The notes below the pieces were generated by a model. That model had not been told where the DNA came from, made no database searches, and saw nothing but the letters and a program-made list of their open reading frames with translations. 64,000 nucleotides of DNA from an uncultured Clostridia bacterium (lineage in GTDB: Bacteria; Bacillota; Clostridia; Oscillospirales; UMGS1783): positions 93,648-157,647 of the forward strand of contig CALKPL010000038.1 of NCBI GenBank assembly GCA_937991645.1, written 5' to 3'. A program made the position numbers and the translations under genes. This document shows positions 10,015 to 20,700 of this stretch, piece after piece. Within the stretch, counting starts at the first letter, position 1. Every line of letters starts with the position of its first letter.

Positions 10015-10210
10015 TTTGGGTCACCTCCTCACTGGAATTTCATCAAAACAATCACTTTCTTTTTGTAACATGGTAAATTGATAAATTACTCTATCATATA
10101 TTATAAAGTCCATTACATTACGCAGAAACCATAACTACATTAAATTTTGGTAAAAATGCGGAAAACTTCTTGCTTGCATTGATCTACAATTCTTTACATT
10201 CCTCACTCCG

Positions 10211-11587
10211 CTACATCCTTTTTACCGCATCCATCGCCAGAGCGGAACGCTCGCACTCATCCGCGGACATGGTAATCTGATAACACAGCGGGCTCCCCTT
10301 CATCTTTTCTGAGGCATAGCTTAATCCGTTGGTCCGCTCGTCCAAAAGGGGATGGTCGATCTGATTCGGATCGCCCAGCAGAATCACTTTGGTTCCCTTG
10401 CCGGCCCGGGTGATGATCCCCTTCGCCTGCTTCGGGGTCAGGTTCTGCGCCTCGTCGATAATCAGATAGGTTTTGGTGACCGAACGGCCGCGGATAAAGT
10501 TGAGCGCCTGGGCGCTGATAATCTCCCGGCTGAACAGTTCCTCAATCTTTCCCGAAAGACTCCTCTCGTCCGAAAAACGCTCCGTTTCATTTTGATCCAC
10601 CAGCAGCTCCAGATTATCGATGGCAGGCCGGAGCAGCGGAGCTATTTTTTCCGATTCATCACCTGGAAGGAATCCGATATCGTCGTCAAACTGGACGTTT
10701 GGACGGCTGATTAAAATCCGCCTGTATTCCGGCTCCTCCTTCTCCAAAAGGGCGTGCAGACCGACCGCTAAGGCGTAAAAGGTTTTTGCAGTGCCCGCCA
10801 TTCCCTTGACAATGACAAGGGGTGCTTCCTCAGCGCCTGTCATCAGCGCCTCCTGCAAAAAGGTCTGTCCGACGTTACGCGGCGTTACGCCGTAGGGGCT
10901 TTTCTTTTTATAGACAAGAGGAACGATTTTTTTGCCGTCAAACCGCCCTAACTGAGTCTTGCGATTGGACTGATCAGCACGCAGGATCACAAACTGGTTG
11001 GGAATCAGTTCAACGGAATGTTTCTCCCCGTCTTCATTTACCTGATACACATCATCGGGCGAAATATTCTTTTTCTTGAAGTCCTCAAACTTCTTTTCAG
11101 ACACAAACACCTCACATCTTCCCATATACTGTTCCTTACCGGCAGGGACCTGTTCCGTGGTAAAATCCTGGGTGTCTATCCCCAGCATCTGCGCTTTGAT
11201 GCGCACTACAATATCCTTGGTTACCAGAATGACCGGCGGCTGTTTATCCTGCAGGCCGAGGCATACCTTCAAAATCCGGTTGTCGTTCGTGTAATCCGGA
11301 AATCCGTCCGGCAGTTTTACATCAACGCAGTTTACCTCCAAGCGCAGGGTCCCGCCGTCCGGCATGGTCACACCTTCAATCAGGTTTCCCGTCTCCCGCA
11401 GCAGTTCCAGATAGCGGATCGCCTGTCTGGCATTGGCGCCCTTTTCACCGTCGCTGTTTTTGAGCCCGTCAAGCTCCTCCAATACCGCAAGAGGCAGAAC
11501 AATATGGTTATCCTCAAAGGACTGTAGGGCATACGGCGCCTGAATCAGCACGTTAGTATCCAGAACATAGGTTTTCTGCATAGACAT
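10211..11587 (-). CDS. PIN-domain / PhoH-like ATPase (YlaK-type)
   Basis: N-terminal PIN signature YVLDTNVLI...LAVLEELD. Walker A GMAGTAKT. PhoH-type C-terminal region ending ..ILLGDPNQIDHP... Confidence 0.9.
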   Translation of the reverse strand: MSMQKTYVLDTNVLIQAPYALQSFEDNHIVLPLAVLEELDGLKNSDGEKGANARQAIRYLELLRETGNLIEGVTMPDGGTLRLEVNCVDVKLPDGFPDYTNDNRILKVCLGLQDKQPPVILVTKDIVVRIKAQMLGIDTQDFTTEQVPAGKEQYMGRCEVFVSEKKFEDFKKKNISPDDVYQVNEDGEKHSVELIPNQFVILRADQSNRKTQLGRFDGKKIVPLVYKKKSPYGVTPRNVGQTFLQEALMTGAEEAPLVIVKGMAGTAKTFYALAVGLHALLEKEEPEYRRILISRPNVQFDDDIGFLPGDESEKIAPLLRPAIDNLELLVDQNETERFSDERSLSGKIEELFSREIISAQALNFIRGRSVTKTYLIIDEAQNLTPKQAKGIITRAGKGTKVILLGDPNQIDHPLLDERTNGLSYASEKMKGSPLCYQITMSADECERSALAMDAVKRM

Positions 11588-11620
11588 ACTCCTCTCAAAA
11601 ATTATATGGTTTAAAATGAA

Positions 11621-11815
11621 TTAACGGTGATGCGAATAGGTCATCAGTTGATGGAACTGCCGAATAACACTGTTACACCGTTCCATATGATACGAAAGAT
11701 ATTCTTTTTTCCGTTTTTGATTGATCTGATTTACCTTTAATATCAAACTCCACCGCGCACAGGTTTTATGGCATCCTTCATAATAGCGCGGGCACCGAGA
11801 CTGACAAGGCAACAT
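11621..11815 (-). CDS. Possible small Cys-rich protein (64 aa)
   Basis: ORF with CQSRCPRYYEGCHKTC. No clear RBS seen. Confidence 0.3.
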   Translation of the reverse strand: MLPCQSRCPRYYEGCHKTCARWSLILKVNQINQKRKKEYLSYHMERCNSVIRQFHQLMTYSHHR

Positions 11816-12139
11816 ATCAAAACACTCCTCTGCAAATAAAAACAGCCGATTTCAGACGGAGATGCGTGCGAAATCACATCCCTCTGAAGATCGGCTGTTT
11901 TAAGATTTCTATTTTCTGTTTCACAGTTGTAATGTTCAACCGTGACCTACTCAAGGCCAGTGGGTAAAAAAGCATAAGCTGTTCACTCCTATAAAGATTT
12001 CCAAATACACTATACCATTCCTTCTTTTATTTCTCTATCATCTTTGCGTTAAATCAGTGTAAATTCTTTCCTTCAAGATCTGAACCCCGTACAAGCACAG
12101 AAAGCATATTGTTTTCTGCATTGGTTAAAAATTGAAGCG

Positions 12140-12391
12140 CTACCGACCCGATGCATACTGTTTTTCCATTTTATGCAGGCGGGACAGCCTTTTGGCCGAT
12201 TCCGCCCCCATCTGCTCCGATACGACAACCGCCAGAGCGTCTATCACAGTAGCAGGCGCCTCGAAAAAGTTATGTTCGATCACCCATTGCTTCAGTTCTG
12301 TATAATCCTTACAGCCAACATGACGGGCAAACCGGGATACCGTCGCTTCCGACACGCCGGCTTGCCTGACCAAATCCCCGATGGAAAGAAA
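12140..12391 (-). pseudogene. Fragment of an RpiR/MurR-family regulator (HTH only)
   Basis: FLSIGDLVRQAGVSEATVSRFARHVGCKDYTELKQ is the RpiR-type HTH. An in-frame TAA lies immediately upstream and no SIS domain follows. Confidence 0.6.
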
Positions 12392-12644
12392 TTAAAAGAC
12401 ATCCTTTTTGTTTGTAATATGGCAGCGTAAAGAGAAAAGAAAATTTTCGTTATATTTGAAACTAAAAAAATTGTTTCATAGAATCGCTTGAATAACATAA
12501 ACCCTATAAAAACCATATAAATAAAGCCTGCCGTAAGTTCATACAACGATGAACCTACAGGCAGGCTGATGTCATAATAAATGCACGTTAGCTTTACACA
12601 GATCAAAAAGAGGACGTGAAACGAACTGCTTTTAGAAAGACGGA

Positions 12645-13040
12645 TTATATTTCGTCTTCCAATAATTGAACTTTTATTACATTTGATATTATCACAGGAT
12701 ATATGGTTAAAACTTCTCCTGAAAATGTTATTGAAATGGTATCTCCTACCTCTAAATCAGATGGAGAAATTTCTGTCCCTCTCCATGTGTAAGACGTTTC
12801 TTCCTTTATAGAAAAAGTAAACTCGCCCCTATAATTTATATCATTCGCTTCAATTCCTTTGACAAGAAAATGTGTTTCATCCGCTTCTACGATGGTTGCA
12901 TAAAATGTTTGCGTTTCATTATTCTGCGCTTCCGCTGAACGCTCAATTCTATCATAGGCAACTTTATAGCCGATAAAGTAGCTTGTGATGGCAACGGCGA
13001 TTAAAAGCAAAACGGAAACAGCAATGTATTTTTTCTTCAT
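12645..13040 (-). CDS. Membrane-anchored small protein, DUF3221/YobA-like
   Basis: N-terminal TM segment. C-terminal VGDTISITFSGEVLTIYPVIISNVIKV resembles the DUF3221 ending (..G.v.eSYPaq..). GAGGTG lies before the ATG at 13040. Confidence 0.55.
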   Translation of the reverse strand: MKKKYIAVSVLLLIAVAITSYFIGYKVAYDRIERSAEAQNNETQTFYATIVEADETHFLVKGIEANDINYRGEFTFSIKEETSYTWRGTEISPSDLEVGDTISITFSGEVLTIYPVIISNVIKVQLLEDEI

Positions 13041-13294
13041 GTCCCACACCTCTGCACCATAGAGTAGTAGTTATTAGAGCCCCTCTCCAAGGGATGTGCT
13101 ACGCTGTAAAGGATACTGCGGGTCACCAATCTTCTTGCCGTAGAAAACAGGCTCAATTTATTCAAATAGACCATTGTTTCCACAATACTATAACGGCGGA
13201 AACGCATCCTGTCATAAACCTCGCCGAACCAACCATCACTTTTTCATGACAAATTCCTTTTTTACTGATTTTATTTTACCACAATTCCGAAAGT

Positions 13295-13621
13295 GTGAAA
13301 AGAGCTTGTTATATCTGCAATCTGATTGGCATGGCATTTCCCCATCTATCGTCTGCCATGGATCACTGCGTGTTCATCCAATTATCTCATCTTTTTCTAA
13401 TGATTCTGGGCAACACCTTCACCCTTGGCGCAGTGAAAGAATTATCCCGAGGTTCCATTCCCTGTATTGCCGCCCACATGTTAATCGATACAGCGGCAGT
13501 TTCCATGCTTGTAGGAAGCGATTTGACAAAGGTAGCTGTGCTTGCCGGCGTGGAAATTGCGCTTTCTGTGATGACTGTGTACATATTCAGGTGCAGACAA
13601 AAGCGAAAAATCTATTCGTGA
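13295..13621 (+). pseudogene. Possible C-terminal fragment of a CPBP-family membrane protease
   Basis: Hydrophobic ORF with FPHL and ..SIPCIAAHMLIDTA.. resembling CPBP motifs 2 and 3. The EExxxR motif is absent. The surrounding 13.05-13.9 kb has no clean gene. Confidence 0.25.
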
Positions 13622-13916
13622 ACCCCTTAGTGCAAAATAGCCACGTTGGCGCCTGGGGGTAATTTGTATCATTATTAGAGCCGTTTCTCAAGCGCACCAT
13701 ATATCTACAGGAATTTTACACAGATTTAAAGCAAATGCGGTAGACAATATCTGTATTCTCCTGTACAGTATAAAGGATAATATTATTCGGCGCTTATTCT
13801 GTGCCGCGAATAAAGAATGTGCGAGGGCGCCGGACTGTGGTCTGGCGCTTTGTTTTATTTAAGCCTCGGATACGCGATTTACCTTTATGTAGATCCAGAA
13901 AGGAGAAAAACTGTCC

Positions 13917-14459
13917 ATGAACAGTATTATAATTTATGGCAGCCAATACGGCAGCACCCGCCGTTATGCCGAAAAACTTTCTGAACTGACCAGCATACCG
14001 GCAGTAAGTTTCAAGGAATCCCCCCACATCTCTGGTCAGGATACCATTATCTATATGGGCGGCCTTTATGCCGGCGGGGTTCTTGGCCTTTCAAAAACAC
14101 TACGCAGCATTTCGCCCCAAGAAATCAGACGCCTTTTTATCGTCACAGTAGGGCTTTCCGACCCATCGAAGCCTGAAACTACAGAAAATGTCCACAAATC
14201 TCTTCAAAAGCAGCTTTCTTCCGAATTGTTTCAGCATGCAAAGCTGTTTCATCTGAGGGGCGCAATGGATTACGGAGAACTCCATCTCGGGCACAGGACG
14301 GCTATGGCCTTGCTGTATCAATCGCTTCGACGGATGCCCAGTGAAAAATGGACGGAAGAAGACCGCGCTCTGATGGATACCTATGGGAAACAGGTAGATT
14401 TTGTAGACTTTGAAGCATTGGAACCAGTCATCCGTGAACTGAATAAGGAGTCCATATGA
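13917..14459 (+). CDS. Flavodoxin-domain protein
   Basis: IIIYGSQYGSTRRYAEKL.. N-terminus is typical of flavodoxin-like proteins. AGGAGA RBS. Confidence 0.8.
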   Translation: MNSIIIYGSQYGSTRRYAEKLSELTSIPAVSFKESPHISGQDTIIYMGGLYAGGVLGLSKTLRSISPQEIRRLFIVTVGLSDPSKPETTENVHKSLQKQLSSELFQHAKLFHLRGAMDYGELHLGHRTAMALLYQSLRRMPSEKWTEEDRALMDTYGKQVDFVDFEALEPVIRELNKESI

Positions 14460-15268
14460 AAAAGCACATAATAACAATCCTGAAGATACTTCTTATCGGT
14501 GTGGTCACCACGATTGTGCGCATTATAGGGCAGCTGTCCATCCCCGCGGGTGAACAGACTGTTCTGGCGCCCAGCGTTTTCGCGGAAAACGGTACTATGC
14601 CCTTGGCCTTCACCGTCTACGGTATATTTGCCTATTCCCTGATTGCCTCTTTATTCCTTCTGATTCGAAAGCAGATGTCCGGGAACCGAATTTTACAGGG
14701 CCTGAAATATGGGCTTCCCTGCTGTGCGGTGTGGAGCGTTTATCTTCTGGAGCCCCTCCCCCATGTGGCGCCGCTGGATAAGCTTACCTACCCTATTGTG
14801 GACAGCCTTGCGCTGATTATTATGGGTCTGCTGCTGGGATGGCTGTTTGGAAATCCCGACTGTCCAAAACGTAAAAGAGAAATCTCCTCCACAATCCTGC
14901 CAATATCAGTTATTATCATCTACTTTTTTGCCGGACGCATGATACAATACCAAATAGTCGGCATCTATTCCTCTTTTGACGCCCAGCCGGCGGAAACGCT
15001 GCTTTGGACCGTAATAACGGGCTTTGTAATTGCCTGTATCGTGGCATGGCTTTCCGAATATATAAAAGGGACCCAGCTCAAGCGTGCGCTTGTTCTGGGC
15101 GGACTGCTTTTCGGAGTGGATTTATTCCTGTTTAATTTCTTCATGCCGCTGGTATTCGCCGCCGATATTCCCGATCTGATTCTCCGGATGCTGATCGATA
15201 TTGCTGCGGTGACAATCGGTTGTCTGGTATTTCCAAAATCCGAATATATTGAGAGGAGACGCCGATGA
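14456..15268 (+). CDS. Polytopic membrane protein, unknown function
   Basis: About 7 hydrophobic segments. ATGA overlap with the flavodoxin gene. Confidence 0.7.
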   Translation: MKKHIITILKILLIGVVTTIVRIIGQLSIPAGEQTVLAPSVFAENGTMPLAFTVYGIFAYSLIASLFLLIRKQMSGNRILQGLKYGLPCCAVWSVYLLEPLPHVAPLDKLTYPIVDSLALIIMGLLLGWLFGNPDCPKRKREISSTILPISVIIIYFFAGRMIQYQIVGIYSSFDAQPAETLLWTVITGFVIACIVAWLSEYIKGTQLKRALVLGGLLFGVDLFLFNFFMPLVFAADIPDLILRMLIDIAAVTIGCLVFPKSEYIERRRR

Positions 15269-15678
15269 AAAAGAGCAAAGGTGCGCGCTTCGGTATCTGG
15301 CTGTTAAAGGTTCTGGTATCTTATACCGTCTTTATACTCCTGGGACTCCTTATATCCCTTATCCCCGCCGGAAATCTGGGGATTTCTGAAGAGATGTTTT
15401 ATAATCTTCGGATGTTTTTCATGTTGTTCGGGCCTGTCTATCTGACCCTTATCGTCAAAATAATTTTGATCTTCATTCAGACTGCACAGGGTAAAAATAG
15501 CAACACAGCCGAAACTGGTCGGGGCGCAATTTTTGCGGTGACTGCTCTTCTTCTGCTAGCAAATCTTTCCAACACACAAACGGCTTCTGATCTTGCAGCC
15601 GGCATGGTAGAGGGCGATGGATTCAAAACGCTGGAACACAGCAAGCGATATTTTCTGAAGGGAAATCATTTCGGCTGA
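15265..15678 (+). CDS. Membrane protein, unknown function
   Basis: 3-4 hydrophobic segments. ATGA overlap with the preceding gene. Confidence 0.65.
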   Translation: MKKSKGARFGIWLLKVLVSYTVFILLGLLISLIPAGNLGISEEMFYNLRMFFMLFGPVYLTLIVKIILIFIQTAQGKNSNTAETGRGAIFAVTALLLLANLSNTQTASDLAAGMVEGDGFKTLEHSKRYFLKGNHFG

Positions 15679-15772
15679 CTGCAAAGCCAAAGGGAGAAGC
15701 TACTTCCTTACGTAGCCTCTCCCAAGCGATACCTTTAATTACTGAAATGCGAATATCCATTCTGCGTTTATT

Positions 15773-16822
15773 TCATTGCTTTTCTTCTTTGTAAGCATGA
15801 AGAGTCATTTTGTCCTCTGCCTCCAGTTTGCTCATATCTCTGCATGCATTAAAAATATGATTTTTAAGTGTATTGGAAATTTCAACAGAAAACCAATGCT
15901 TATCCCCGTTATTATCAATGTAAAAAATATTGCGGAAAACATCACCTTCTAAATCATGATCTTCCACAAAATACATCTGGTCTGTTTCCAGATCATGCAG
16001 AACACACGCACCAAATGCAGTCGGATTATAATCCTTGCCATCAATCGCACTAGCCAACTTTTGAATATATGTTGGAACTGACGATAGCTCCACCCAAAAA
16101 ATATGTTCTTCATCAAAATTGTCACAATGTTCAATGCCATTAAATTTCAAATTCTCTTCCTCCCAACAAAGTTTATCATTTTCATGGGTCCGCTTTTTAT
16201 TTTCTCTCGGAAAAGACTCAAAAACATGCGATCCTCGGAATTCATCCAAAATCTGCAATCTCTGCCTTAGTTCCCCGGCAATTTCGCTGAGAGATTCCCG
16301 TTTATGGAGCAATCGGTCCCGCAGCATATCTTTACATTCCTGCTCCAGTTTTGCTGTAAGAGTTTCATGGGTAACGCCTTTCTTCTCTGCTTTGCTTTTT
16401 AAGATGACATATCGAGAAGATACAAAGCCTTCTTCTGTGAAAGCTTTGTAAATACATCCGGCAATGTATTGCATGCGATCATATGCTTCTTGGCTTTCCT
16501 CCAGCGTCTTTCCGGTTACAAAATGAACGCTTTCATTTTTATTGTTTGCCGCATCGCGGATCAGCAGATCCACTTCAAGGTAAATTCCTTCGCTGCCTCC
16601 CCACTGCGCATAGCAGATTATGTCCCGCATCTGAGGAAATAAGGGATACCGGTCGCTAAAATGGATGTCCATGGAGAGGTACTCATCTGGATAAATATTT
16701 TCTTCCTGCAGAAATGTTTCCAATTCCCGAAAAACATCTTCTGTTTTCCGCTGGCCCACATATTGGAGCATTCCTTTTTTATCCGGATGTGGTTCCCAAA
16801 TTTCTGTTTCAATTCTGCTCAT
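15773..16822 (-). CDS. Hypothetical protein (349 aa from MSRIETEIW)
   Basis: The ATG at 16822 overlaps the upstream stop in an ATGA arrangement. No motif recognised. Confidence 0.65.
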   Translation of the reverse strand: MSRIETEIWEPHPDKKGMLQYVGQRKTEDVFRELETFLQEENIYPDEYLSMDIHFSDRYPLFPQMRDIICYAQWGGSEGIYLEVDLLIRDAANNKNESVHFVTGKTLEESQEAYDRMQYIAGCIYKAFTEEGFVSSRYVILKSKAEKKGVTHETLTAKLEQECKDMLRDRLLHKRESLSEIAGELRQRLQILDEFRGSHVFESFPRENKKRTHENDKLCWEEENLKFNGIEHCDNFDEEHIFWVELSSVPTYIQKLASAIDGKDYNPTAFGACVLHDLETDQMYFVEDHDLEGDVFRNIFYIDNNGDKHWFSVEISNTLKNHIFNACRDMSKLEAEDKMTLHAYKEEKQ

Positions 16823-17295
16823 AATGAAATCCCCCGTTCCCTTTCGTTTTTTGTAATCTGGTCGATAACAGTCGATTCGTAGCAATTCACATAAAAGTTG
16901 TAGTCATTCTGCCGGACAATGAAACGGATGTAAAATACATAGCCAGGCGTCTCCACTTTTGCGGCATAATTAACCGGATCACAATGGTGATAATCCAGCC
17001 TCAAATCGGGATTTAGCTGGCAAAAATCCGCCATCTCCCGAAAGCTGTGTAAAACCGGATATTCGAAGTCGTTCCGGAAATAGTTAATTACATCATCAAG
17101 TGATTTCTTAAAGACGTCTGTATTTTTGCTTTCTTCCCCGGGAAACCATGAAGTATAGAACTCATTGCCATTCCGTCCAAAGTCTCCCCGCACGTAACCG
17201 ATAAAGCACGCGGCACACGGATTTTTTACATCCAATCGAAAAACCAGTTCCTGCTCCGACGGATGCAACTCTTTAAGTCTGTATCTCATTTTCAA
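16819..17295 (-). CDS. Hypothetical protein (158 aa)
   Basis: ORF in a co-directional overlapping gene string. No motif recognised. Confidence 0.65.
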   Translation of the reverse strand: MKMRYRLKELHPSEQELVFRLDVKNPCAACFIGYVRGDFGRNGNEFYTSWFPGEESKNTDVFKKSLDDVINYFRNDFEYPVLHSFREMADFCQLNPDLRLDYHHCDPVNYAAKVETPGYVFYIRFIVRQNDYNFYVNCYESTVIDQITKNERERGISL

Positions 17296-17605
17296 GCTCC
17301 TTTTCTACAATCGCTCCATTCTCATCCAAATGGTAATAGTAAAGTTTCTTTCCTTTGATTTTTCTGGCGGCGTCATTCTTATGGCGCTTTACATTTTCAT
17401 AGTTTGTCAAGATATACGCTTCCCCTTCCACCTCATACCGGCCGGAAGGAAGCTTTCGCACATAAAAGAAAGCCCTGTTTCCAAACCCCAACAAGGGCTC
17501 AATCAGAAAATAAAACTTACCGCCTATTTTTTCATCAAAATCCTGCGCCAGATAATACCCTTTTTTCGTTCGGTAATTTTTTACCGGCATTGTACCTGAG
17601 CCCAT
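17273..17605 (-). CDS. Hypothetical protein (110 aa)
   Basis: ORF overlapping the next gene by 23 nt. Confidence 0.55.
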   Translation of the reverse strand: MGSGTMPVKNYRTKKGYYLAQDFDEKIGGKFYFLIEPLLGFGNRAFFYVRKLPSGRYEVEGEAYILTNYENVKRHKNDAARKIKGKKLYYYHLDENGAIVEKELENEIQT

Positions 17606-17940
17606 AATCTCCTCCTAATCTTCTAAATATTCAATCTAACCGGCCAACTGAGAAGGCTTACCTTTCCAGGTCAGATATTTCCGGTTCATCGGAATATTGG
17701 TTGCGGGCGAATGCTGCCTCACTTTCACAAATCTCTGTTTCTGGATCTTCAACACTGCAGCGTCATTTCGTCTGCGCTGTGCGTACAAAAGAGAACGATT
17801 TTCCATCTTGTTGTTTTCCTCCTGTCATTGTATTTGTGATTTTTTCTGTCACAGTTCAAAATCAGGCAACGGAACTCCCCCGTTAAAACGTCCAGTTTTC
17901 ATTTACTACTTCCGAGACTACGCTGCCCATACCGCACTAC

Positions 17941-18555
17941 CTACGCCGTCATATCAAACAATGTCAGTTGATAATAAGGTTCCGGATTCAATTCTTTTAC
18001 GCGTTTTAAGCATTCCCTGATTGAATCGGCGTAAATGTCCGCCCTGCGGTAGCGTCTAAGGGTTACCAAATCATCCTTTCTCAGCGCGGTCTTCAGTTTG
18101 GAAACATATCCAATAACCGCGGAATAGTTAACCTGTTCCTTCTGCTTTTCACTCAATCCTTTTCCCTCTTTGAGAAGCGCCCGATACTCCTTATCCTTTT
18201 CGAATACAGCCAAAGCCGCCTTGGCGTTCTCCCGGATTTCCTCAGCTTTCGCCATATAGCCCGGCGCTACCTCCGGTGGCAATTCTCGGGAATGGATGTC
18301 CGGCAACCCGCAGCCCAGCGCTTGGCACGCTGTCTCTATCTGTTTTTTACGCCATATAATGTGGTTTCGGACAAGAGACAAACTTACCCCATCCGCATAG
18401 GAAGGATCACTGCCTCCCTCTTCGTAAAGATTTTGCCAGTGTTGATAACGCTCCTCACAGGACTTTATTGCTTCTAAGAGCAGATTGCTTTCCGGTCCGT
18501 CCCGTTTTTTTGCTGATATTTTCTTACTTGTTTTCTGATTGGTATTTTCATTCAT
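17941..18555 (-). CDS. Hypothetical protein (204 aa)
   Basis: ORF with AGGAGG-like RBS (aaggaggaattg). No motif recognised. Confidence 0.6.
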   Translation of the reverse strand: MNENTNQKTSKKISAKKRDGPESNLLLEAIKSCEERYQHWQNLYEEGGSDPSYADGVSLSLVRNHIIWRKKQIETACQALGCGLPDIHSRELPPEVAPGYMAKAEEIRENAKAALAVFEKDKEYRALLKEGKGLSEKQKEQVNYSAVIGYVSKLKTALRKDDLVTLRRYRRADIYADSIRECLKRVKELNPEPYYQLTLFDMTA

Positions 18556-18821
18556 TTTTCAATTCCTCCTTAATCAATTTAAAAATGCAAGAAGAACTTA
18601 GGGGACTACCGGATTTTTTTCAAGAAAAAAGCACCCTGCTCTGCAGCAAGGTGCCCTTTTATATGCCAATCACTTTCTTGACGAACTACATCCAAGCAAT
18701 AGCTGAAGTCAAAATAAAGCTTTGTCTATACGTCTTTTTATAATCTCTTTCTTTAAGCGCTCGTGTCCGAAATCCTCAATGGTCTTGCGGGTTTTCTGCT
18801 GTTTTCGGCTTTACTATTCTT

Positions 18822-19823
18822 TCAAAACACCGTCAGCACATCTCCGTTCGCAGATGAAAGACCGCCCCAGGTAAAGTCGAACCACTCCCGCATGGTGATA
18901 TCTCCCCGGGAATAAAACACCTGAGCTTGTACGGTAATTGTTATTACCCCATTGGGGGACAGGGATTCCAAGTCCGCTACCAAGAGATTCCCGGCTGTAT
19001 CATACCCATAAACCAGAAGCAACTGCTCTCCTCCCTCTGTGAGAATACTCACCTGTACAGTTTTTCCACTGTCGATTCTGGAATAAATTCCAGAAAGCTG
19101 AAGCAAGGGTGCGTTTGCCGCTGAGTATCGTTCATCTGGCCTTATACTGCATACTGCCTCTTCAACTGGAAGAACCACTTCCCTACTTTTAGGCTCCCCT
19201 GACTCTGAGAAAGCAACCATACAGTCCCCGGGAATATTAAGATAGCATTTCTCTCCGATATACTCGTGTTCTGCTTCTTTCCAGTTTATTCCATCAAAAA
19301 TATATGGAATTCCCTGAGCAGCAGAAATCCCAACCCAGCCGGCAAAAGAGCAAAAATAGTATTTTCCGTTATAATAGGCAAAGCCGGACTGCGTATTGCT
19401 AACGGCAGCCTCAATATTCCCGTACCGGACTGCCAGTTCACCTTTTATAAAATTTTCCATTGGTTTTCCGTCTGGAATTCCATTGCGGTCATGGTCAATG
19501 TCCCATGGATAGGGATCCGCTCCGTTATTCAGTCCATCACCGTCCCAGTCAAGTTCCTGTTCGCTGTCCAACATCTGTTCTACGATATTCTTGTATTTCG
19601 GAGTCAAGCGGATTGAGATTTCAGCTTGGCTGGTTTCCGGATAGCTGATAAGGCCAATTCTTTCGGGAATACGAAACATAGCCAAAGAACCCACCAGTAT
19701 TGTTACACCGATGAGGCACCCCAGGATTTTCGCCCATTGTTTCAGTTTATCTGTAGCATAAACCGGTTCACTCGTTACGCTTTTCCGCTTGATACGGGAC
19801 CAGGGCACTTCTTTCTTTTTCAT
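18822..19823 (-). CDS. Membrane-anchored extracellular protein with Asp-rich Ca-binding-like motif
   Basis: N-terminal TM segment ILGCLIGVTILVGSLAMF. DWDGDGLNNGADPYPWDIDHDRNGIPDG resembles thrombospondin-type-3-like DxDxDG repeats. ATGA overlap with the upstream gene. Confidence 0.7.
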   Translation of the reverse strand: MKKKEVPWSRIKRKSVTSEPVYATDKLKQWAKILGCLIGVTILVGSLAMFRIPERIGLISYPETSQAEISIRLTPKYKNIVEQMLDSEQELDWDGDGLNNGADPYPWDIDHDRNGIPDGKPMENFIKGELAVRYGNIEAAVSNTQSGFAYYNGKYYFCSFAGWVGISAAQGIPYIFDGINWKEAEHEYIGEKCYLNIPGDCMVAFSESGEPKSREVVLPVEEAVCSIRPDERYSAANAPLLQLSGIYSRIDSGKTVQVSILTEGGEQLLLVYGYDTAGNLLVADLESLSPNGVITITVQAQVFYSRGDITMREWFDFTWGGLSSANGDVLTVF

Positions 19824-20284
19824 TGATTTGCCCTCCTTTTTGAACCCATGGTTTTCAACCGTTCAAGTTCCCGTTCTATTTCCCGAATTTCTGCGGAAAC
19901 CGCGTCGTATTTTTTATTAGCCTCTGTTTTCCGGATATATTCATCCCGGATTTTCTTTCCCAAGTATTTGTCCTTCAGCGCCCCGTTCTCATAATATCGA
20001 TAATAGACGTTTGGTCCATGGAAAAATCCCGCCGCACACGCGGCACAGTTTGGCCGGCTGCAGCGTACAATCTTTGTAATAACCGTCCCGGTCAGTTCCG
20101 GATAATGATCCAGGCATGCCAGTTCTTCTTTTAACAGCATCAAATTGCTTTCCAGACATTCAATCATGCTTTCTGTATAGGTCACGAGAATCCCACCTTT
20201 CTTTTTCCGCATCATGTATAGGTGGTTTTGATTTGTCAAGAAAATCATTCTTTGATGTTGAGCAGAATAATGCGTGTAATTCAC
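19820..20284 (-). CDS. Hypothetical protein, possibly DUF6788-like
   Basis: CSRPNCAACAAGFFHGPNVYYRYY resembles the C.kp.C.C..G..HGPY.Y pattern. The true start may be internal (GTG near 20196). Confidence 0.5.
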   Translation of the reverse strand: MNYTHYSAQHQRMIFLTNQNHLYMMRKKKGGILVTYTESMIECLESNLMLLKEELACLDHYPELTGTVITKIVRCSRPNCAACAAGFFHGPNVYYRYYENGALKDKYLGKKIRDEYIRKTEANKKYDAVSAEIREIERELERLKTMGSKRRANQ

Positions 20285-20563
20285 CTTTACCTGAATATCA
20301 ATCCGGGCATATTTTTTCTTTTGGGTTTCTGTTCATAAAATTATCATCCCTTTCTTAATTTTGGGTTCACAAAAGCCGATGAGATAATTCCCATCGGCTG
20401 AAATCCTGGCAATTTATTTTTGGTTATCGTTCTAAATCCCTATGCTTTTCTTTGGGAAGCACATCTTTAATAATTCACCATTGCTCTAAAATACCCTTAT
20501 GAATTCATTCCAAATTGTTTCAGTCTCATATATCTCTATCCTTGTCCACTTTCGTTTGCTCAT

Positions 20564-20613
20564 AAAAATACCCACTCATGTAGGATAATAAACCTACATG
20601 AGTGGGTATTTTG
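20564..20613. terminator. Bidirectional terminator
   Basis: Perfect 17-bp stem atacccactcatgtagg / cctacatgagtgggtat flanked by aaaa and tttt. Confidence 0.75.
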
Positions 20614-20700
20614 TCACTATCCATTTTTACTGGATCTGTGCGTAATGTCAGTAAATAGGGCACCTTTTATTTTAAAATTCCTGCTTTTTGATTTTATCCA

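Noticed and set aside
11829-11892. Long hairpin aaaacagccgat..atcggctgtttt with a ~40-nt partly self-complementary loop, considered as a riboswitch or sRNA
   Set aside because: I recognise no conserved riboswitch core. It lies in a 320-nt AT-rich spacer with no downstream plus-strand gene. It is most simply an orphan or bidirectional terminator and is too weakly supported to list as a feature.
13070-13682. 11-nt direct repeat TTATTAGAGCC at 13070-13080 and 13672-13682, flanking the CPBP-like fragment (possible target-site duplication)
   Set aside because: Exact 11-mers are expected to recur by chance many times in 64 kb. No terminal inverted repeats or transposase lie between the copies.
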